From Halocafeteria seosinensis (Eukaryota), in the NCBI GenBank assembly GCA_001687465.1, contig LVLI01000127.1:1-64000 (forward strand): a stretch of DNA of 64,000 nucleotides, written 5' to 3'. The position numbers and the translations under genes are program-made. Positions 12,603 to 26,177 of the stretch are shown piece by piece. The notes below the pieces were generated by a model. The model was not told the origin of the DNA. It did not search any database and saw nothing but the letters and a program-made list of their open reading frames with translations. How positions within the stretch are numbered: the stretch's first letter is position 1; every line of letters starts with the position of its first letter.

Positions 12603-13334
12603 ATGGCGTCGATAGGGACACAGTCAGCAGCGTCATCCCAAGAGACACACTCTCACTTGCATCTGAAGCTTGTATATGGCGATGAGATTCGTATGAGGCA
12701 AATATCAGGAGAAATTTCCTTCAACGAACTTCTACACATGGTCGTGGAAACTTCAGATAAAGTGAGGAAGAGAGTGGACGAGTGCCACGACAATATTGGA
12801 GACTGTATTTCTGTCAGCTACATTGATGAAGATGGTGACTGCATAAAATGCTGTAATAACGAAGATCTCCATTCGGCTATGCGGTACCACTTCCTTGCGG
12901 CTCGAGGGAAGGTAATGAAGCTTCAAGTTGAGGTGCATGAGAGCAAGCATGCTCAGGCGGCGCAGCCAGCGGATAAACAGACAAGGAAAGGAGGATCAAA
13001 AAGCAAGAAAAGAGAGAAGAAGAAAGATTGGTGGTCCAAGTTATCGTCGTTCTTGGAAGAGAGCAGTAAACCTATTTGGGATGCGTTGTCAGCAGGGACT
13101 TCTTCAACAGGAACGGCTGAGCAGAAACGAAAGAAAGCGGTTAGCAGCGGCAAAGGGTCATCTATCAAGGGAAAGCGAAACTCCAACAAAGCCATGTCCC
13201 ATAATAATGATGGTACCGGCAGTCGTCGTACGAGCGTGAACGAGGACGAGCGTTCCAACCAGGCAAAGGGTGAGGATAAGGATGTTGACCCTGTTAGTCA
13301 AAGACACTTTGAAAAGGATGGATCTGCTTGGTAG
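12603..13334 (+). CDS. PB1 domain protein with Lys-rich tail
   Basis: LKLVYGDEIR (basic Lys/Arg) and the OPCA motif SYIDEDGDCIKCCNNEDL. The 3' end may continue through an intron at ~13331. Confidence 0.75.
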   Translation: MASIGTQSAASSQETHSHLHLKLVYGDEIRMRQISGEISFNELLHMVVETSDKVRKRVDECHDNIGDCISVSYIDEDGDCIKCCNNEDLHSAMRYHFLAARGKVMKLQVEVHESKHAQAAQPADKQTRKGGSKSKKREKKKDWWSKLSSFLEESSKPIWDALSAGTSSTGTAEQKRKKAVSSGKGSSIKGKRNSNKAMSHNNDGTGSRRTSVNEDERSNQAKGEDKDVDPVSQRHFEKDGSAW

Positions 13335-14737
13335 GTAGCAGTTGGTTGCTTAGCCACATAATGGAAACACCAGTGGTTGGGGTTCACTGACTGTTTTTGC
13401 GTGTGCCATACGTGAGCCTGTTGTTGTGACTCACTGACGGTCCTTCCCATTGGAGTTGTGGTGCCCTGGTAATAAGGTATCAGTGACCGCATCGCCAACG
13501 TGCAGACACAAATATGTTATTTATCTATACAGCCACAAGGTTCTTGCTGCAGAAACCGGGGCCTTACAGCACGTGACTCTTTGTTTCGTCGTTTTCTCAA
13601 ACGTTGCTAATTTCGCGCATGTCGCACTTTGCGATAGCATTGCAGAGTCACTAATACTACAACATTTGTGGTCACAAATTGTGTGGTGGACCACCGGTGG
13701 TATATGTCGTACTCTCCCTGAGTCAATGTTGACTCAGCGGTATTCTTTATGAGCCCTATCAAAAGACACGTAACCAGCGACTGCGGAGCACCACGATCGC
13801 CCCATTTGGTCCATTTAACTCCCACGATAAGAGGAACTTGGATGTTCAACAGCGGAGTGAATCACTCGTTCTGACTTTGCTCGCTGAAGGCTTCTCTCAT
13901 TGGCTGCTTTCTTGCTGACACTGCGCTCAAGTGCAAGCTGCTGCGCACAAGTGACTGTAAAGGCACTACCACTCCCGAAAGCACAAGAATTATATTACAT
14001 TGCTGACGATGGGATGAAATTTATGCAGAGAAACTGGACCGGGTGTTGTTGAAGCGGCTACGTATAACGTGCTCCTCTTCAACTCCGTTGTTCTTATGGA
14101 CATACAGCTTCTCTAACGCCGTCCGCTGCAATTTCATCACTCCGACGATGTCCAATATGGAAAACATAAAGCCTTCAGGGGTATCATTTTGATGTTATTT
14201 TGTTTTTTCCACACACCAACATGCATTCTCTCCGCACTACTGGAACGGTACGACCGTAGAGCAGTAAAACTCTTTCTATCTCGTCTGACGCCCTGGAGGC
14301 TTTCGGAAACATTACTACGGTGTTCACTGCGTGACTTCCCGTCTTCATCAGCTTCCCTTGACTCTCCTTGGATAGAGTTGACGGAGCATAGCCCCGGGAC
14401 CGATCGGCCCGAGAAACGTAAGTTCCCCCGCACTACGGGTTGCAAGTCCGATGCCCACCAAATTGTGTGCCGAGAGTCAGAGACCTCACGTTCTATAATG
14501 TGTTGTGATGTTACTTAATCCCACCCTACCCGCTCGTTGTCACTTTCTCCCGCATCGCGCTGCGGATATTGAAGCGTGTAGGCTCCTTGCTGCGAGGGAG
14601 TATCCAATGCTCTCTCAGGGCATCGAGGAGAGGTAACGGCATTCAGAGGCACACGCTCTGCTTCAACACAGAGCACTTTGGTGTTTGGCGCCCTCGTACC
14701 ACTTAGTCTGGTGTCTCGGCCAATCATCTATGTAGAA

Positions 14738-17700
14738 ATGCAAGAGTATATCCAAAAACTGATTCAGTGCGAATCCTTGACGAGTAAGTGCATGCGTGCG
14801 ATGTTCCGAATGCCGGACTTCACGGGGTTTCTACGCCTTGGATACATGCTATGTTGGGTCTTACAGGTGCTACTCATCTCATTGCCTGTGAGGTGCTAGC
14901 ACACACGAGTGCGGACGATGTTCTTGTCCTGGTGCCGGTACGGCCTTCACGTCCGGATGTTCTCGCGGGATGCTGTGCTCGAAGGGATAAAGAAACCGGC
15001 GGACCGGAAGTGCAACCAATCAATTCGGCGTACTTGCCGGACTCGCTTCCACAAATTACAACGGAAACGGAAATAAGTAGGTCAGAACAGGAGGAGGAAC
15101 CAATCTCGTATGATTCTTCGGGGGACAGGCTATCTGACTCGATTGCTTCCTTTGTGTGTCGGGGTATTCCTGAACAAGTTCATGCATTCCTACTACCGTT
15201 CGAAGGGGCAAAGGGCATCGTCGAACTAGCATTTGCAGAAGATCTAGAAGACGATGATGACCTCGGCTGCTCTAATGGACGGCAGCCTACGTTTCCTCAG
15301 GAAGAACAGGCGCTAGTGAAGCGCATCAAGATGAACGGATTCTACGTGCTCAACCACTTGCGCGAGACGGAAATGAAAGACGCGTATCGACAAAAGTCTG
15401 AGATATTGATGCAGTTAGTACAGCAAGTTGCGAATGCCCCAAATAAGCAGAATGCTATTGAACTTTCTCGACAGGCTGCAATGGAACTTGTGGATGCGAA
15501 ATATGTGACTTTTTTCCTCGTTGATGATGAACATAAGCGCATATCGATTGCAGGTTCGGATGGTAGGGCGCACGGAAAGTGGCAACTAAACGAAAACAGT
15601 CTAGCGGGTTACTGCGTACTAACGGGACAGAGTGTGAACGCTTATGATATCAGCCGCTATTCTCGCTGTGATCGAAGCATTGACTGTCACGAATACTCCA
15701 CGGCAACATCGCTTCTTGCCGTTCCGATAAGAGGCACCTCTGGAACCGTCGTAGGAGTAATTACTGCGCTTGACAGGGCCAAGCCATATAGCCATTACGG
15801 CGCCTTTCCGCATTCAGCTGACTCAGAATTCTCTCACTACTGGGCCCATACTAGCCCGACATCTCGAGAAGAATGCTGGTCGTTCGACGAGGAAGACGAA
15901 CAGTGGATGCAAAAGATGGGTGCACATGTTGGCTCTGTTCTTGGGAGAGTTGACGCCTTCCATCAGTTAGAACGTCAACGCGAGATAAATGAAGCGGTGC
16001 TTGCCGTGGTACGAGCAGTCTCCCGGGGTGACGATATTCAATCTCTGCTCCATTGCATTGTCACTGCGGCGTACAAAATAGCTAATCCGGAACGCGTGAG
16101 TCTATACCTGGTCGACAATTTCCGACAGGAACTTTGGCTTGCCATTAGCAGAGATATTTCTGGGAAGACTTTCCCGATGGATGTTGGCATCGCAAGTTCA
16201 GTTGCCAGAGAAGGGAAGACGGTACTAATTGAAGGTAAGCAATGAACATGTTTACCCTATTTCTTATTGTAGGTTTCAGGGATGTACATGTTGCCGGCTG
16301 CAGACGCGTACTCGGACCCGCGGTTCAATTCAGACATCGACAAGGAAACAGGCTTCGAAACTAAACAGGTGCTATGCCTTCCCATATCACTAGTCTCAAA
16401 GACAGGCTCCCCAATAGCGGTTTTACAGTTGCTGAACAAGACGGACGCTCCTTCTTTTACGCACGAGGACCAAGAGGCAATGGAAGCATTCTGCTACGAA
16501 GCAGCCGTAGCCCTTAAGAGAATGTCGATGGATGCGGTGTTTCTGAAGCTCTTTGAGGAAGAAAATAAGTCCTCGGGGGTGCACTCATTAACCCGCATGC
16601 CCAGTAACACGGGGTTCGAAGGTGTCGGCGATTTTCAGCCATATCGAGTTCGGGAACTTGCCCCCCGGATGGCAGGGAGCAGACGGCTGTCTGTAACGTC
16701 AGCATCAAACCGCCGCTTTCAAATGTCACTGTTGGAAAGCTTTTCGGATGATTCAACGTTTGATAAACTTCATTCCGAGTTTGCCTCAGGGAGCATGCGC
16801 TTCTCTACCTGGGAAAGCAAGCGGGACATTGAAGACGAGGAGGAGGAAGAATCGGTCGTGGAGATTTCGGCGTATCCCCATCTTCAAAATAGGTACGGTG
16901 GGCAGCAAAACGGATCGCGTGACGACTGGGTTCAAAACTGTGACTTAGACATGAATAAGGAGAAGCAGCTTTTTCAGTGGGAAACAAATATCTTAAGCTA
17001 CAAGGGCGAGGACCTGAAAGGTGTTGCTTTGCAAGTATTTCATTGTTGGAACCTCACCAATCGATTCGACATATCTATTGATAAGCTTAGGAGGTTTATC
17101 GAGGATGTACGAGCAAACTATCGGCCAAATCCGTAAGTATACAGTATTTCCCGCTGCTGACTGGCACCTTCGTTGTTGTCATGCTTTAAGTAATTCTATT
17201 TGTGCTGCAGTTTCCACAATTTCTATCACGCTGTCGAGACGTTGCGTGCGACGCTCTTAGTCCTGGCGAGAACGCAAGCTACGACGTGTTTGAGCTACTT
17301 GGATATGTTTTCTATGCTAGTGGCAGCGTTTTGCCATGACGTGGACCATCCTGGGAATTCACAGACTTATGAAATACTCACCCGCTCTCCACTTGCGATT
17401 CGGCACAATGACAGCAGTGTATTAGAGCGGCATCATGCTCACACAACGTTCTCTATACTCTCTAAGCCGAAGAGTAATATTTTAGAGAGCCTAACAAATG
17501 AAGAGTATCGGCATTGCCGAAAAGTGATCATATCGGCAATACTGGGTACCGATATGTCGCGGCATTTTACAATTGTGACTAATTTGTCCGCACGTGCGGC
17601 GCAATATTCGGAAGAGCTACTGAACTTCCAGCAACAAGAAGAACCTCAGCAGGGCACTTTTGGCAGCTTCAGAAGAACCTTGAGTATAGGACGGTTCGAT

Positions 17701-18225
17701 GATGGGAATCCACAGGCATATGCTAACCGGCGAAACTCTAATGAAAATTTGAAACAAATGTTTGCAGCTCATCGAGGTGAAACACGTGAAGCCGGTCCCG
17801 GCAAAGAGCAACCGGTTTATCCATTGCCGTTCAAACGTGAAAAAGAAGACGACCGACTTCAGTTGATTGAAGCGGTTGTACATACAGCTGATTTGTCAGC
17901 TCAAGCTGCTCCTTATTCAGTAGCAAAACAATGGGGAGAGATGGTCATTAGTGAATTTCAGAGAGAAGCCGAAAAGTTCAAATTAGCAGGAATGGAGGAT
18001 TCGACGCCGGTTTTCATGAAGAGTTTGGAAACGACTTACGATAGGAGCAATCTGCAAGCTTCTTTCGTCGAGAAAGTCGTGCTTCCATTATGGGAAAATA
18101 TGCACGAAATTTTGGGTGGGCTACATACGCCGTTACAAAATCTGCATGAGAATTTGAAACATTATAAGAGTTTCGTGGAAGATTTGACCGAGGCTAGCAG
18201 GCGTACCGAATCATGTGAGTCCTAA
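14738..18225 (+). CDS. Class I cyclic-nucleotide phosphodiesterase with tandem GAF domains (5' end uncertain, further upstream exons likely)
   Basis: Two GAF-like regions (SLLAVPIRGTSGTVVGVITALDR; DAYSDPRFNSDIDKETGFETKQVLCLPI..VLQLLNK). PDEase motifs FHNFYHA, HDVDHPG, LERHH, GTDMSRH, HTADLS and Q..F. Introns link the ORFs in frame. Confidence 0.93.
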
Positions 18226-18529
18226 GCGGAATCAGAGTTTCGCTGAACTGCTAAACTCTCTCTACGGGTGGCATTCCCTTTTTAGGTTTCATTTTTGCTC
18301 AAATACACATGATGAGAGACAAATACTCTTCTTATCCAGTCGACCCAGAGGCTCGCCGGAGCTGTCTCCCTTCGCTTCCTTCCGGCCGTGCCTTACGCTC
18401 ATGGCCGGCCCCGGCCCCCGGACGTCCCCGGACGGCCGTTTATGACGCCGTACCATACCATTTTTGAGGTGTTTTGACAGTGTATAGAGGTTTATTCACC
18501 CTAGTTTTCGCTCCAATACAAGTCGCACC

Positions 18530-19746
18530 ATGTCGTCTTCATCCGCGGTGGACGCGTCAGGCGACCAATCGAACACTGTGCAGCAGATAGCGCTGCCATC
18601 GCCCCCCACAGATGGCATTTCACGAGCCATTTTTCATCCATTTTACGATGTTTTAGCTGTTTCTTCATGGGATAAGACCCTTCGCGTGTATGAAATAAGT
18701 GTCTCGAACGAAGACGAGCGCATAACGGGCACTCCTCTGGCTACATTCACGGCGCAAGCGCCGCTTTTGGACTGCTGCTTCATTCCCAATGACGATGATG
18801 CTAATGGAGGATACCGTGTATTAACTGGAGGATTAGATAAAATTGTTCGAATGTGAGTACAAAATGATGGTTGAAGGAATCCTCTTGTGTCTGTCCTTTA
18901 AGGAGGCTTTTTTGATCTTCAGATACAACGTGAAGAGTGGTCAGGAGCAGGTATTGGGGGAGCATGATCAGGCTGTTTCATGTGTTGCCGCTGGCAAAGC
19001 TCCAGGAGCTATATTCACAGCCGGTTGGGACTCCACAGTAAGGCAGTGGAACGATCAATCTGAAACGAAACAGGAGACTGTCAAGTGCACGCTCCCTGAG
19101 AGAGCCTACACGATGACGCTCCACGACGATTCTCACTGTCTTATTATCGGGACTGCGAAGCGACATATTCGAATATTTGATTCTTCAAATATGAATGCGC
19201 CACCGCAGGAGCGAACGAGCTCGTTGAAACATCAAACGCGATGTATCCGGTGCTTCACAGATGGAACAGGATACGCTGTCTCTTCTATTGAAGGCAGGGT
19301 GGGCATTGAGTACGTGGATCAGGAAGTGTCTCAAAAGTATAGATACGCATTCAAATGCCACCGTGCGGAGAACAATGGAGTAACAACAGTGTATCCTGTT
19401 AATACTCTAGCGTTCCATCCTATGTAAGTTGACAGAGTGTCTCATCCCGGGAGATTGTTACGATCGCAATCTTTTGTGCTGTTCGTGCAGATACGGTACG
19501 TTTGCAACTGGAGGATGCGATGGATCTGCTGTAATGTGGGATGGAAGTAACAAAAGGCGTGTGAGCAATCTCGGAGAATACGAGACCTCTGTTTCAGCTT
19601 TGTCGTTCAATCACTCAGGAACGCTGATTGCCGTCTCCGCGAGCTACACATTCGAGAAAGGAGACCAAAGTCATCCCACGGATCAAGTCTATATTCGGGC
19701 AGTGAAAACACCGGAAGTTCAACCCAAAAGGAAACAACCGGCATGA
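18530..19746 (+). CDS. BUB3: Mitotic checkpoint WD40 protein BUB3
   Basis: PPTDGIS, VSSWDK, SSLKHQTRCIRCF, SSIEGRVGIEY, YAFKCHR, VYPVNTLAFHP-YGTFATGGCDG and ASYTFEKG. Two introns. BUB3 is favoured over its paralogue RAE1 by these motifs. Confidence 0.88.
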
Positions 19747-19805
19747 GTAGCCTGAGAGCCTTTATGCTACTAGTCGGTAGTGGTGACCTGCAGTGTCAGT
19801 ATATA

Positions 19806-22800
19806 TTAGTCTTCAGTTGCATCACTTCTGGAGGCTCTTTTGAACAGAATCGCGTTTCTAACTAGCAACGTTTCAGAAGACAGCTGTCGCTGTGATGTCC
19901 CAAACATCTCCAGGAATTCATCGAAGGACAGTGGCCGGTTAAGATCAGGGCTTTCCTCTGCGTTTGGCAATGGAATGGATGAAATAGACGCAAGACTAGC
20001 GCGGGAGTCGCGTCTCTCCGCTCTGAGCGTCTTAGCATACTTCTTGTTAGCTCGTAGCCTAGTTCTCCTAGCGTGCTTTCTTTGTGCTTCCAAATAGTAC
20101 GTCGCTATAGATTCTGTATCAAACTTTTTGCTTGATTCCGTTTCGTGCATACTTTCGAGAGTGGCACATATATCTTCATACGTGACACATCCACGATTGC
20201 TACGGTCAAACAATTTAAACATTTGACCGTAGTGTTCCATTTGAGAAGGAGTATGTGCAACGGACGGGGGCTCTTCTGGGTTCAATGCATCACCCAAATC
20301 CAGCTTGAAATAAGCGCTGATGTCTTTGAGGGTTGATGGACTTGCTGAGGGAAACAAGACCGGCATAATTTCGTCGTAAGTCAGTTCTCCATCACCATCT
20401 TTATCTACAGAGTTAAATATACTTTCTAAATGCGTCGATAATGCTGTACTATGCTGCGCCATTGCGCTTTCGCAGAAATCCTTTAGCGAAATGGTTCCCT
20501 CGCCGGTAGTATCTATTTCCTCCAGGAGTTTCTTGCAACTGTCAACATCGTGTTTCATGTACATTCCAAACCTGCGTCTGGTCGCTAAGTCATGCTTTCT
20601 TTTTTGAGACCGTATCTCTTCATCCTCATACATTTCTTCCATGTCAGGTTCTTGTCCGGAAAACGTTGCATTTCTCATTTGGTTCACGGCTTGGCGACGG
20701 ACAGTCTGCAGTTGTGCAGAACTTGGCAAGTAGTCCTTGGCAGCATTCAACTTTGCTGTTAACGATGTCCACTCCCGATTTTGTGTACTGCCTCCATGCC
20801 CGCGAGAGTTTGCGATTTTCCATTCGGATCCACGTATTCCAGCTCTTGAGTCAGGGCTTATAGGCCTATCCTTGTTGCCATATTTGCGCAGACGGCGCTT
20901 GTACTCCTGTTGAACCTTAGCTCGGAGGGATTGATCCTGTTCAGCCTGCTTCGCGGCGAAACTGTCGAGGTAACCCCTTTCAATGCTGACGTAGGAACGG
21001 CCAAGTGGAATGTCTTCTTCGCCGTTTTGTCCGAATCTTGACCTACAAGTAGAAGAAGAGTGCTTATACCGGGACAAATGACGGTCAAAAATGCTTCGTA
21101 CTAGTTGGTCAACTTCTTCTTTCTCCCTGGGTACAACTGAGATACTGGGACGTCGAAGCCTCGGTAATGTAACCTTCTGAGTATCGGTCTTTTGTTTGGG
21201 GGCTTTCTCGGGAGATGGCTTTGGAGTCTGTTTCGACGCTCCGCTGGATATCCGCCGCATGTAGTGGCTTTCTTTGTTATCCTGTTTACACCGTTCGCCC
21301 GATCTGTTGAAATTCATTGACGATGGACTGGCAGAGCGTGGCGACCTGGGATCCTCGATGCCTATCAGGGTATCAGCGTCAAGAGGCTGTGGGAGGTTCT
21401 TCACGCGCGTCTTAGAATGCCTTTGCGTAAAAGCTTCCTTCTCATGGAAAGAAGAGAGGTCTTGAAATACTGATCCCGTTTGCGAAGTGCGCTCTGGTCC
21501 CCACATGGCGGGATTGGATGCTCGTTGCAGATAATCCGAAAGATTGGTTGCCGATTCGTAATAAAATTTTGGATTTGCCGTGTACGATTCCGCGATGCTT
21601 GATATACTGCCTTCCTCCGAGTCAGACTCTCCACAGCGAAAATTAATACCCTTTCGGAGCTTTCCCCACAGTTTTTGCGCCTCTTGTTCTTGAATTTGTA
21701 ATGATTTGGGTGTGGGAAGCTGCCATATATTGTTCATTTCGTTATCGGCTGGAAAGTTACGAGTATCAATCCAACCCTCCAAGGTTTGACAGCTAATATC
21801 CCAAAGAGATAGCGCCGCCACGGAATCGCTTACCAGTAGCACTGGGTTCTGAGCGAATAAGAGTAATTTGGCGCTCCGGACAAGAATCTGATCATCGGCA
21901 CCTGTTTTCACAGACATGGTTCGTAATACTCTAATGGCGGAACCGATAACCCGCGGTTGAGAAATAGATCCGGCCCCAACCAACTCCTGGGAAGCGGAGG
22001 CCATATGGACGTCATCATCTGTTGCATTTTCCGTATATATTCGTCGGTAGGGGTGATAATTCTCTTCAAAGAATCTAGAGTGAACCTCCGTCTTCTTCGG
22101 AAAGTTCAGCTCCTCGAGTAAATGAGAGAAGGAGACAACGGCGCATAGTCCACGCTCTGTGACAACTGCAATTATAGCATCTGGTGGGCCTTTTTCAGCT
22201 GTGTTCGGGTTGGGTGTATAGACAGTATCTACATATCCTACTTCTAATTCGGAGATGGTGATTATCCTATCCTCTGTTTGACTCTTCTCTGCATGTTCTT
22301 GCCTTTCAAGTACGGAACTGCGATGTCTTCGACTAGAATATGAGTTCGTCCTTTTGTCAGCAGATGCTTTTACAAGCGCGGAGTACATTAGGTCCGTGGT
22401 GAACCCAAGCAATAACTTCAGTGTCCGCGTTTTCGTTGACCGGGCATCATGAACCGAAATGTATCCTGAGGCATCTCCAGCCACTAAGACCGGATAGTTG
22501 GTCATAAATTCCAAAGCACAAATTGGTGCGGAATGTTCTGCAACGGAACTGCGGAATGAAAACTATATTTCAAACGGCTTTGGTGGAAGCGGTACTTACC
22601 AGCGCTGGTGCCCAAATGCCTCGCAAACTCGAATGACCACGTCTTTATTGCCCCTCGTTCACTTCCCGTGGCAATTGTACCTATATAGTGATTATAGGCT
22701 ATACACGTTATTAGATTAGTTCCATGGGTGCCTCGGATCTCGCGCAGCGTACCGGTGTACCATTTGTTTTCTCTTGTCGCACTGCGGCGATCAGAAGAGG

Positions 22801-25371
22801 ATGTGTCGCGTCCTTCACATGCAAAATATGACTGGTATCCATGCGCAGGATCCACCACAGCAAACCTCGTAACGGTTCTGTACAAAGGTTTGGGCAGGAA
22901 TCGATACTTGATCTCCTTTGGAGGGCCGTGTTTGCTCTCACGCGTTCCTTCGGAGATTTCTTCCGTGGGAGGAAGGACGGCGGAGGCTTGCGATTCACCA
23001 AAAATTCTGACTACGCCATCAGCTCCTGCAGTGACGACCACATGATCTTTTGGACAAGACTGTATGCCTACAACTGGTATTCTATTCTGTGCTGAGTTCT
23101 TGTCTCCATGAGGTGGCAACTGGACTACCGCATATCCGGTAATGAGGTTCACCAGAGTTGTGCGTCCGTTATCGCCTCCTACGTATAGCTTCCGCCCGTG
23201 TGAATCTAACCACGTCCTTGTTATTAGTGCATTCCCCAGTAGTTTTCTTAATGTTTTCGTATGTTTACCAGTGATGGCATCGAATACGCGTATGTTTGCT
23301 CCGGCAGCTTGGTAGATTTCGAGCGTAGCTACGCTAAATTGCACATCTGTTGAATCAGTTTCCTCTACAGCGTTTGCAGTTAATTCGAAGCACTTAAACC
23401 GCGGTGCTGCCACTATGAATGAGCATACACCCGAGGACAACATTCCCGATGTGAATGCAGCGGACCCGTGACTTCCAACAAATTCTTGACAGGTTTTCAG
23501 ACTGATACAATCCATTTCTTCGTACCCGTGGGGTACTGCGACGGTTCCTCCTTGCGAAAGCCGTTCTCCCATGGGACCCAGCGGGATTTCTTTAGTTTCT
23601 ACGTCAGTTGAGTCATGGTAGGCTTTCGCCTTCAGCGGTACTCTGTGTAAACTCTTCGTAGTCGCCCAGGCGGCCATGACGGATATTGATGGTATGCTCA
23701 CAAGATCTTTGACCAACCCCTTGCTCAGTGGACTGGTGATCGATGTAGACAGAGTGATTGTTTGCAAGCACCTAGTATTTTCAACCATGAAAGAGCTCCT
23801 GCAGCAATTCCACCATTTGACTACTCCTGTTTCATCAACAGAAAGCGCTTGATTCCTTCCCGGTACACCGCGGATCGTCGTAATGGGAGCCAGATGTCCC
23901 TCTAAGCGAAACATTGGCGAGCCATCGCTGTTCTCTACATCCCAAGCCTGGATCCAATAATCATGACCAGAAGTAAGCAATATCCGCTCCGACGGGATGA
24001 GTATAACGTGTCGGATTGCTTTCTTGTGTTCGACCTTGGACGTAAGCAGTTCCAGTTTGTCGGCCTGATTCCATCTCCAAAGGCAAAGTCTTTTATCCGA
24101 GCTTACAGTTGCAATGATGTCGGGTTGACGTTCGGAGTCTTTCTGTAGCACTCGCTTTGTCGATTCACTTTGATGGAGAACCCACTGGAAGTCTGAAGAG
24201 CTGTCCTTGAGTGTTCCAGCAAGGTGCATCTCGACTAGAGGATGATATGGAGGGACCACGCACACTGAAGATATAATAGAGCTGTGTACAGTGGGGAATA
24301 CCTGTAGAAGCTCTAGCTGAAAACTCCTTGTTTTCCATCTCGAAACTGTTGGGTGAATTTTCCAACGGTGTATGATCGGTTCGACTCCAAGCGATAGCAG
24401 CTCCTGTTTGTAGGTTGACCAGACAATGAGCCTTTGGGGAGTCGCCGCGTGATGCCATCCAAGCATCCTCGGTTTTGTGCCTTGTAAGTCACTGTTAGTT
24501 AGCTTGTGAACCGATGAACCGCTCTGGTGCACCAGCATGCTGAACATTGAATTAGCAACAGCAGTTGTTGTTGTTGCCTCGCGTTAACAAATAATGCTTC
24601 CACACTTACGTTGGGTCTAAAGTGCTTAATGGGTCAACAACGTTGTTTCCAACCAACTCTCGACGTTGCAATTCAAGTATCCCTAGAGTATCAAAATATC
24701 TGAATTGGGGTTTCAGAGTCGTTGCGTCGTACATGCACAGGCTGAAGTCGTCCATTGTGAACACGAGCAGGTCGTATTCCGATACATAGACGACATCAGA
24801 GAAGTCAACATCTCTGTCCCTTCCAGTGTCACTTGTGCACAGAATGCAGGTAAGAGGGTAACCTTCGTTCAAATTAGGTACGGCCGTGTTGAATATTCTG
24901 GCGTTGTGGGATGAGCGTTCAATAACAACCTGCATCAGCGCGAAAGTGAACGTTTGGTTCTTTAAAGAAGCATATTGTCGACCACCATACCAGCTTGAAA
25001 AGTTCGGGGACATATACCATTTTCTTCACACACAACCTGTGTATGGTATTTGGGGAAAAATCGGGTCTGTGATGAAACGACAAGCGCGCTTGCGGAAGTT
25101 GGTCAGCAGGAATCTCTCCAATCGCGCCGAAGTACACGCTGAGTTCTTCCCATTCCAGCGAGCCGTTCCCGTCAATGTCACAATCTTCGAAGAGGGTAGT
25201 AAGGTCCTTGACTAAGTTAATTGCCTTTTCATCGTCATTGTAGGTCTCAGGAGGCAGCTGTCGCAGCATGATCGAAACAAACTGTTCTAAGGTTACCTCT
25301 CCTCCATATTCGTCAAACCTTGCGTGGAGGGTATCCAAGGTGTCCGAATCCATTGATAAAATGTGATCCAT
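19806..25371 (-). CDS. Large EF-hand + WD40 repeat protein (WDR49/EFCAB8-like architecture), 4 exons
   Basis: ORFs 24919..25371, 24606..25013, 22502..24547 and 19806..22514 join via GT-AG introns. N-terminal EF-hand DIDGNGSLEWEE, WD repeats (LEGHLAPITTI, LTSGHDYWIQAWD) and C-terminal EF-hands DTTGEGTISLKDF, DKDGDGELTYDEI, DRSNRGCVTYEDI. Confidence 0.8.
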
Positions 25372-26177
25372 CTTGTCAGGCTTGTTTACTTTGGGCTTTG
25401 TTACAGTCGAGATTTCTTACAGACTAACGAGACCCCACAATGCCAACGGCGGCGCAAAGCAGTCTTCATACACCCGCACATGTATGTACCACAAAATCAC
25501 TCGTAATGTCTACACGGTCTAGAGACCACATCGGTTCAAACCTGGGATATATCCTACTGTTATTATAGTGCTATGTTCCACTTTACAAGGAAATTGCACT
25601 ATTTGCCGTGTGAACGTTGCCTCAGTAACTTGAACTAGCCAACTCGCTCGCTGTGCAACGGAATGAGTAATAATGACTACCTATGGGAGACAGTAGCATA
25701 GAATTGCAGATGTGATTGAAATGATCGACATGCGCGGCAAACACAGCGAGCTTCTACATTTAAGCTGCAGTGATCACGGAAACACAGCGGTGACCGCATG
25801 CACCCTGGAAGTTCAGGCTGGAACCCATGGAAAACAGAAATTCCAGACGAAGGATAGACTAGACTACTTGTAGCCTAGTCTGACTAGAAGTTCGTCCTGT
25901 GCATGCTGTATCCCGATGTCAATTCATCCGTAGTGCAATCGCGTTAAAAGGATAATTGAAGAACTTTTTCCCAGTACTCGAACTTCCTGCACGCATGGAC
26001 GATGGTTACTTGGATGCCTTTGAAGTTGAGGAGACTCTTGTTGCTTTCAGGGATCTTAAATTCCACCACATCGCAATACATTGTGTTTGTTCGCGTACAG
26101 CATTTTCTACTCGTTTATCCACAGACGAATAATACGAGGTCTTGTTTTCCTATAAGGTGTAGAACAAGAAGCATTGC

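Noticed and set aside
18400..18445. GC-rich hairpin-like sequence upstream of BUB3
   Set aside because: Short and imperfect with no RNA-family features; possibly promoter sequence but unsupported.
25855..25890. Hairpin AGACTAGACTAC-TT-GTAGCCTAGTCT followed by CTAG (Helitron 3'-end-like)
   Set aside because: A single AT-rich instance with no matching 5' end or second copy in the window.
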